A DNA stretch of 12,114 bases from Hyphomicrobiaceae bacterium (GTDB lineage Bacteria > Pseudomonadota > Alphaproteobacteria > Rhizobiales > Hyphomicrobiaceae): NCBI GenBank assembly GCA_031402115.1, contig JANNSA010000444.1:1-12114 (forward strand), given 5' to 3'. The first letter of the stretch is position 1, and every line of letters begins with the position of its first letter. Positions 6,051 to 12,114 of this stretch are shown piece by piece. A program made the position numbers and the translations under genes. Under the pieces are notes generated by a model. That model saw only the letters and a program-made list of their open reading frames with translations, searched no databases and was not told the origin of the DNA.

Positions 6051-7220
6051 TTAAGGCGCTGAATACGCAGCAATCCCCTCGTTGCTGCTATGATGGCGGC
6101 GGGCGCAGCCGCGGCCGAACGCGATAAGCACGTCGTGCTCGTTCGTGTGCGCCGCAGCCGCCAGTTCAGCGGGCGAGATCGTCGGGCCGAGAATTTCGAC
6201 GGGCGTGCCAGGCCTCAGTAAATGCTCCGGGACTGCTGACACATCAATGGTCAACAGGTCCATGGAGACGCGGCCAATGACCGGCGCGCGGTGTCCTGCG
6301 AATGCCACGTACGAGCGGCTGCTGGCTTGGCGTGGATAGCCGTTGGCATAGCCAATCGCGACTGTCGCAACCTTGGTTGTTGCCGTCGCCCTCCAGGTGG
6401 CGCTGTAGCCAACGGCATCGCCGCGCTTGATCGTCTTGACCTGGCTTAGCGGCGCCATCACCGTCGCTGGCGTCCGCATCGGATTATCGCAGCCCGTCAG
6501 GGGATTGATGCCATACAGCGACTTGCCGGGCCGGTGCATGTCACACAGATATTCAGGTCCAAAAAAGCTCGCCGCCGAGTTGGCGACCGACAGCTTGGCA
6601 TTGGGGAACAGTTTGGCGTGCACACGAAACGCCGCCAGTTGCGACGCGCATAAAGCGAAGTCGAGATCATCGGACGCCACCAGATGGCTCATCACAGTAC
6701 TGACAGTCAGGGCCTTGAGCCGATCCGGCGTGGCGCGGATGCGTTTGAGATCTGTTGCTGTCAGGCCAAGCCGGTTCATACCGGTGTCAATGTGGATCAT
6801 CGCCGGCAGCTTGCGTGCCAGCTTTGCGGCATGTGCTGACCACATGGCCAATTGGCCGGCGTCGTTGAGCACCGGCACGAGGCTATGCGCGACGAATACG
6901 GCCTCTTCGCCGGGCATAATGCCGCCAAGCACGGCGATGCTCGGCGGATTGATCCGGGCGGCAAGCCGGACGCCATCAGCAAGGCTGGCGACAAAGAATG
7001 TTCTGGCCCCCGCCTGTTGCAAGGCCGGCGCGCACGCCAGCATGCCATGCCCGTAGGCATCGCCCTTGACGACGGCCGCGCACTCACCCTGCGGCGACAG
7101 CGACTGGAGCAGCCGGTAGTTGGCCACCACGGCGGCGACATCGACCACCATCTCGGCCTCGGCCAAGGACGGTTGCGGGCCGGCAGCCAAGCCAAGCGCG
7201 TCTGATTTGTTCGCATGCAT
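6051..7220 (-). CDS. alr: Alanine racemase (PLP-dependent).
   Basis: N-terminal motif VVKGDAYGHG carries the PLP-binding Lys, and VSMDLLTIDV and GYANGYPR motifs are present. ATG at 7220 (MHANKSD...) with AGGCGGAAG upstream. The tracker's extra 17 N-terminal residues are unlikely to be real. Confidence 0.9.
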   Translation of the reverse strand: MHANKSDALGLAAGPQPSLAEAEMVVDVAAVVANYRLLQSLSPQGECAAVVKGDAYGHGMLACAPALQQAGARTFFVASLADGVRLAARINPPSIAVLGGIMPGEEAVFVAHSLVPVLNDAGQLAMWSAHAAKLARKLPAMIHIDTGMNRLGLTATDLKRIRATPDRLKALTVSTVMSHLVASDDLDFALCASQLAAFRVHAKLFPNAKLSVANSAASFFGPEYLCDMHRPGKSLYGINPLTGCDNPMRTPATVMAPLSQVKTIKRGDAVGYSATWRATATTKVATVAIGYANGYPRQASSRSYVAFAGHRAPVIGRVSMDLLTIDVSAVPEHLLRPGTPVEILGPTISPAELAAAAHTNEHDVLIAFGRGCARRHHSSNEGIAAYSAP

Positions 7221-7544
7221 GGCTTCCGCCTGACACAAATGCGGTTTGCAGGTCAACGGCTGTGGCTGCAAAGGCAGTCGGATTCAGCCACTTTTGCGCT
7301 GGCTCGCACAGGAACGATGGACAATGCCGGAGAGTGCATGTGCGGCGGCGTGGGGTGCGAAAGGCGCCTTCGCCGTATCCCACCAGAGGCTGGCGCCCAC
7401 GGCCGGTTTCGGTGCGATACGGCCTGAAGGAGGCCTTTCGCCCCCTACCCATTCGCAACCCAGTTTGCCGATGCATTCGCAGCGATTAGTGCTCGAAGTG
7501 CCCTTCGTGCCTGAAACCAGGTGCCTGACCCGGGTTGCTAACTG

Positions 7545-8186
7545 CTACTTCATGGCCTGTTCGATCAGGGCGATGGCTTCGGCACTGTCCCATTCGGCGG
7601 GGCCGACCAGGCGGCCGAGTTCGCGGCCATCGCGGCCGATCAGCAGGGTGGTCGGCAAGCCAACGATGCCAATGGTCGAACCGAGCTTGCCAGTTGGGTC
7701 ATGATAGAGGGCGAGATTGGTGGCCTTGGTTTCGGACAGGAAGGTTTTGGCCTTGTCAGTGGAGCCGCGATCCATGTTCAGCGCGATCACAGCGAAATCC
7801 TTGCCGCCCTTCAGCTTCTGCACCGCGTCAAGCATCGGCATTTCCTTGCGGCACGGCACGCACCAGGTTGCCCAGAGGTTGAGCAGCACAACCTTGCCCT
7901 TCCAGTCGCTCAGTTTCAGCGACTGCGCGTCGCCATCGTTGAAAGTGATATCGGGCAAGGGCGCTTCCTGTTTGGCCATGAAGGCCGCCACCTGACCTTT
8001 GGCCAGTGCCTCCAACGCCGCCGGTTGACCACTCAGCGCCACGGGGCCGCCACCACTGTTGCCACCACCGCGCGTGGCGACGTACAAGCCGACGGCGGCC
8101 GCCAGGAACAGCAGCAGGGCGAACAGGACGCGCCTGAGCTTGGTGTTGCCGCCTGCGGTGACGCCCGGTTTCTGGTTCGCTGACAT
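7545..8186 (-). CDS. tlpA: Membrane-anchored periplasmic thiol:disulfide oxidoreductase of the TlpA/ResA family.
   Basis: ATG at 8186 (MSANQKPG...). The N-terminal signal-anchor is [21 protein letters not shown], followed by a thioredoxin fold with the WCVPC active site ([14 protein letters not shown]). It is divergent from argH, which I believe is a conserved arrangement in Rhizobiales. Confidence 0.85.
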   Translation of the reverse strand: MSANQKPGVTAGGNTKLRRVLFALLLFLAAAVGLYVATRGGGNSGGGPVALSGQPAALEALAKGQVAAFMAKQEAPLPDITFNDGDAQSLKLSDWKGKVVLLNLWATWCVPCRKEMPMLDAVQKLKGGKDFAVIALNMDRGSTDKAKTFLSETKATNLALYHDPTGKLGSTIGIVGLPTTLLIGRDGRELGRLVGPAEWDSAEAIALIEQAMK

Positions 8187-8245
8187 TGCCAAGTCCTTCC
8201 GTTCTCGCCGTCCTAAGACCAAGATCTAAGTTCCCGGGAGATTTG

Positions 8246-9685
8246 ATGGCCAAGCAGCAAGACGGCAAGGGCAATCCGGCTGAGCCAGCGGCGAACAGTA
8301 TGTGGGGCGGCCGTTTCGCCGGTGGCCCAGCCGCCATCATGCGCGAGATCAATGCCTCGGTCAGCTTTGATAAGCGCTTGGCGCCCCAGGATATTAAGGG
8401 TTCGCAGGCGCATGCGCGCATGTTGGCGGCAACCGGTATCCTCACGGCCGATCACTCACACGTTATTATCGCTGGCCTCGACAGCATCCGAGCCGAGATC
8501 GACGCTGGCCAGTTCGTTTGGTCGGATGCGCTCGAAGACGTGCACATGAACATCGAAGCCCGCCTCAAGGCGCTGATCGGTGAGCCAGCCGGGCGCCTGC
8601 ACACGGCGCGCTCGCGCAACGATCAAGTGGCGACGGACTTCCGGTTGTATGTGCGCGACCAGATCGATGACATTGACCAGGCTTTGGTGCTGACCCAACA
8701 GGCGCTGGCCGCCAAGGCTTTGGCGCACGCCGCCACAATCATGCCCGGCTACACGCATCTGCAAACCGCCCAGCCCATCACCTTTGGCCATCATCTGTTG
8801 GCTTATGTGGAAATGCTGGCTCGCGACCGTGGCCGTTTCGCAGATGCGCGCCGGCGCCTGAACGAATGCCCGCTCGGTTCGGCGGCGCTGGCCGGCACGC
8901 CCTATCCCATCGACCGGGCCATGACGGCCACGGAGCTCGGCTTCGACCGGCCAACTGCCAACTCGCTCGACGCCGTCGCCGATCGTGATTTTGCGCTGGA
9001 GACACTGGCTGCCGCCACCATCACCGCCATGCATATGAGCCGGTTGGCGGAAGAAATCGTGCTCTGGTGCACCTCCGAATTCCGTTTCATCACGCTGACG
9101 GACAAATTCACCACCGGCTCCTCCATCATGCCGCAGAAGCGCAATCCGGATGCCGCCGAGCTGGCGCGCGCCAAGGTCGGGCGCATCGCCGGCGCCTTCC
9201 AAAGCCTGTTGATTGTCATGAAGGGGCTGCCGCTGGCCTATTCCAAGGACATGCAGGAGGACAAGGAAGTCACCTTCAACGCGCTCGACACGCTGGCACT
9301 GGTGCTTGCCGCCATGGCTGGCATGGTCGATGACCTGGAGCCCCATGTCGCCAACATGGCCGCTGCTGCCGCCCGGGGATATTCCACGGCCACGGACCTG
9401 GCTGACTGGCTGGTGCGCGAGGCTGGCCTGCCGTTCCGCGACGCGCATCACGTGACCGGCCGTGTCGTCGCGGCGGCAGAAGCCCAGGGCAAACGGCTCG
9501 ATGAGCTGTCAGCGGCAGAGCTTGGCAGCATCGATCCGCGCATCGACGCGCGCGCTTGCGACGTGCTGACAGTCGCCAGTTCAGTGGCCGCGCGCACCAG
9601 CTATGGCGGAACCGCGCCACAGAACGTCGCGAAAATGGCCGATGACTGGTTGCAACGGCTGGCCAAACCGCTGCAGACCGGCTAA
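8246..9685 (+). CDS. argH: Argininosuccinate lyase.
   Basis: ATG at 8246 with GGGAG 5 nt upstream. The product begins MAKQQDGKG...[45 protein letters not shown] and contains the fumarate-lyase signature [12 protein letters not shown]. The stop is TAA at 9683. Confidence 0.95.
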   Translation: MAKQQDGKGNPAEPAANSMWGGRFAGGPAAIMREINASVSFDKRLAPQDIKGSQAHARMLAATGILTADHSHVIIAGLDSIRAEIDAGQFVWSDALEDVHMNIEARLKALIGEPAGRLHTARSRNDQVATDFRLYVRDQIDDIDQALVLTQQALAAKALAHAATIMPGYTHLQTAQPITFGHHLLAYVEMLARDRGRFADARRRLNECPLGSAALAGTPYPIDRAMTATELGFDRPTANSLDAVADRDFALETLAAATITAMHMSRLAEEIVLWCTSEFRFITLTDKFTTGSSIMPQKRNPDAAELARAKVGRIAGAFQSLLIVMKGLPLAYSKDMQEDKEVTFNALDTLALVLAAMAGMVDDLEPHVANMAAAAARGYSTATDLADWLVREAGLPFRDAHHVTGRVVAAAEAQGKRLDELSAAELGSIDPRIDARACDVLTVASSVAARTSYGGTAPQNVAKMADDWLQRLAKPLQTG

Positions 9686-9724
9686 GCGGCGATGATGGCA
9701 TTGGTAACTAAGGCGTCATTCGTC

Positions 9725-9898
9725 ATGACCCGTCCGCTCATCTCGGCTGTTCTCATCGCTGTCGCCCTGGCGCTGCCAGGGTGCGGCGTGCGTGGACCGC
9801 TGGAGCCGCCACCCGGCGCCGTTGCGGCGCCTCCGCCGGCGCCAGGCACCGCACCAGGACGGCCAACCAAGCCGTTCATCCTCGACGGCATCCTGTAA
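9725..9898 (+). CDS. Small Pro-rich lipoprotein of 57 aa. Alternative in-frame ATGs at 9692/9695 abut the argH stop.
   Basis: The signal peptide MTRPLISAVLIAVALALPGC is followed by a Pro/Ala-rich tail (PLEPPPGAVAAPPPAPGTAPGRPTKPF). A small lipoprotein gene downstream of argH is common in alphaproteobacteria, but I cannot verify that here. Confidence 0.5.
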   Translation: MTRPLISAVLIAVALALPGCGVRGPLEPPPGAVAAPPPAPGTAPGRPTKPFILDGIL

Positions 9899-10167
9899 GG
9901 CAAACGGTTTGAAGGTGGACCCTTGTCGGGCGGAATAGGCCCTTGGCCGTGTTCCGCCGGCCCACGGCGGGGCGGATGCGTTAATCGACGCCATGCCCCA
10001 TTCACCGCACGCGCCGTGGGCGACGAATTACGGCCAGAGGCCTAATCCGCCCGACGACGCCCGGTCCCTGGCTACCGTGCCAATGGCGGACTTGACGAAG
10101 TCTGACCGGCTGCCCAGGTGCTGTCGGGGAGTTTTGGCAATCGTCTTCACTGAGTGCCAAAGGCTCC

Positions 10168-10198
10168 CTTGACAAACCGGGGAGCGACGCCCTATCTC
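10168..10198 (+). promoter_or_regulatory. Heat-shock-type promoter for groESL, sigma32(RpoH)-like or sigma70-like.
   Basis: CTTGACA at 10168-10174, then a 16-nt spacer, then CCTATCT at 10191-10197. This matches CTTGAAA-N13-16-CCCCATNT / CYTATNT loosely. A CIRCE element begins 8 nt downstream, which is the typical arrangement. Confidence 0.5.
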
Positions 10199-10205
10199 CC
10201 GGTCG

Positions 10206-10232
10206 TTAGCACTCGACAAGCATGAGTGCTAG
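10206..10232 (+). promoter_or_regulatory. CIRCE operator (HrcA binding site) in the groES leader.
   Basis: TTAGCACTC-GACAAGCAT-GAGTGCTAG compared with the consensus TTAGCACTC-N9-GAGTGCTAA: 17 of 18 positions match. Confidence 0.88.
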
Positions 10233-10378
10233 TTGCGCTTCTCCGGGGCGGCGACGAGCGGCCGTTTGAGCCGTCACCCACTGCCCCGGACATGGCCGCA
10301 CTTGGCCACGCTCGACCAACGATCGCCGTTCGTCGCGCGCTAAACCTAACCGAAGATCCTCAGAGGAGACCTCCCGAA

Positions 10379-10693
10379 ATGAAGTTCCGTCCCCTGCACG
10401 ACCGCATCGTCGTCAAGCGCCTGACCGAAGAGCAGAAGACCACGGGCGGCATCATCATCCCCGATTCGGCGCAAGAGAAGCCGATGCAGGGTGAAGTCCT
10501 GGCCGTCGGCCCCGGCGCCCGCGACGACAAGGGCGCCCGCGTCGCCATGGACCTCAAGGCTGGCGACACCATCCTGTTCGGCAAGTGGTCCGGCACCGAA
10601 GTCAAGATCGACGGCGACGAGCTGTTGATCATGAAGGAATCCGACGTCATGGGCGTCGTCGAAGGCAAGACCGCCGCCAAGAAGGCCGCGTGA
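10379..10693 (+). CDS. groES: Co-chaperonin GroES of 104 aa, with a short Lys/Ala-rich C-terminal extension.
   Basis: [35 protein letters not shown]...[39 protein letters not shown] lies 10 nt upstream of the ATG. Confidence 0.95.
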   Translation: MKFRPLHDRIVVKRLTEEQKTTGGIIIPDSAQEKPMQGEVLAVGPGARDDKGARVAMDLKAGDTILFGKWSGTEVKIDGDELLIMKESDVMGVVEGKTAAKKAA

Positions 10694-10801
10694 TGTTGGC
10701 AGCGGTAAGCGGGCAACAGGCAGCAGGAAATGCGCCTGAGTTCCTTAACGCTTCGCTCTTCCCCGCTGCCAGCTGCCCGTTGCCTGACAACCCCTTACTA
10801 A

Positions 10802-12114
<1,313 letters not shown>

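Noticed and set aside
6427-7056. 209-aa plus-strand ORF, plus other long antisense ORFs (8456..9451 minus, 10745..11494 minus, 2090..2980 minus, 4869..5627 plus).
   Set aside because: Each lies opposite a confidently identified gene (alr, argH, groEL, the SPFH gene, the lipoprotein gene) and has a low-complexity, Arg/Gly/Ala-rich translation. These are GC-driven open antisense frames.
7419-7433. Hairpin GGCCT-GAAGG-AGGCC followed by TTTCG, considered as a terminator for tlpA or alr.
   Set aside because: It is in the wrong orientation for the minus-strand tlpA: the A/U tract precedes it on the minus strand. No plus-strand gene ends there, and the stem has only 5 bp.
10151-10160. TGAGTGCCAA, considered as a second (half) CIRCE site upstream of the groES promoter.
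   Set aside because: Only one half-site-like 6-mer (GAGTGC) is present with no inverted partner at N9 spacing, so it is probably fortuitous.

Overview
High-GC (~63-65%) chromosomal segment that looks alphaproteobacterial (Rhizobiales-like), dominated by housekeeping genes. I saw no CRISPR array, transposase, integrase or recognisable defence/toxin system. The candidate for something new is the SPFH-led envelope cluster (2036-5797), but it is modest and hypothetical.

Gene order, left to right:
- Minus strand, 1-1291: N-terminal two-thirds of a soluble lytic murein transglycosylase (Slt-like). It runs off the left edge and carries an apparent frameshift at a (GC)4 tract.
- Plus strand, 1563-1712: two tandem tRNA genes 1 nt apart, Lys-UUU-like and CAT (Met/Ile2). 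Both show structural irregularities.
- 1713-2035: a 320-nt structured non-coding spacer.
- Plus strand, 2036-3196: an SPFH/band-7 protein with an unusual repeated N-terminal region and no membrane anchor.
- Minus strand, 3281-4099 and 4241-5797: two uncharacterised envelope proteins. The first is a polytopic membrane protein of atypical codon usage; the second is a ~518-aa lipoprotein.
- Minus strand: alanine racemase (6051-7220) with a clean intrinsic terminator, then the TlpA-type thiol:disulfide oxidoreductase (7545-8186).
- Plus strand: argH (8246-9685), divergent from tlpA, then a small Pro-rich lipoprotein.
- groES-groEL, preceded by a sigma32/sigma70-type promoter immediately followed by a near-perfect CIRCE operator.

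Long antisense ORFs in the six-frame track are high-GC artefacts.
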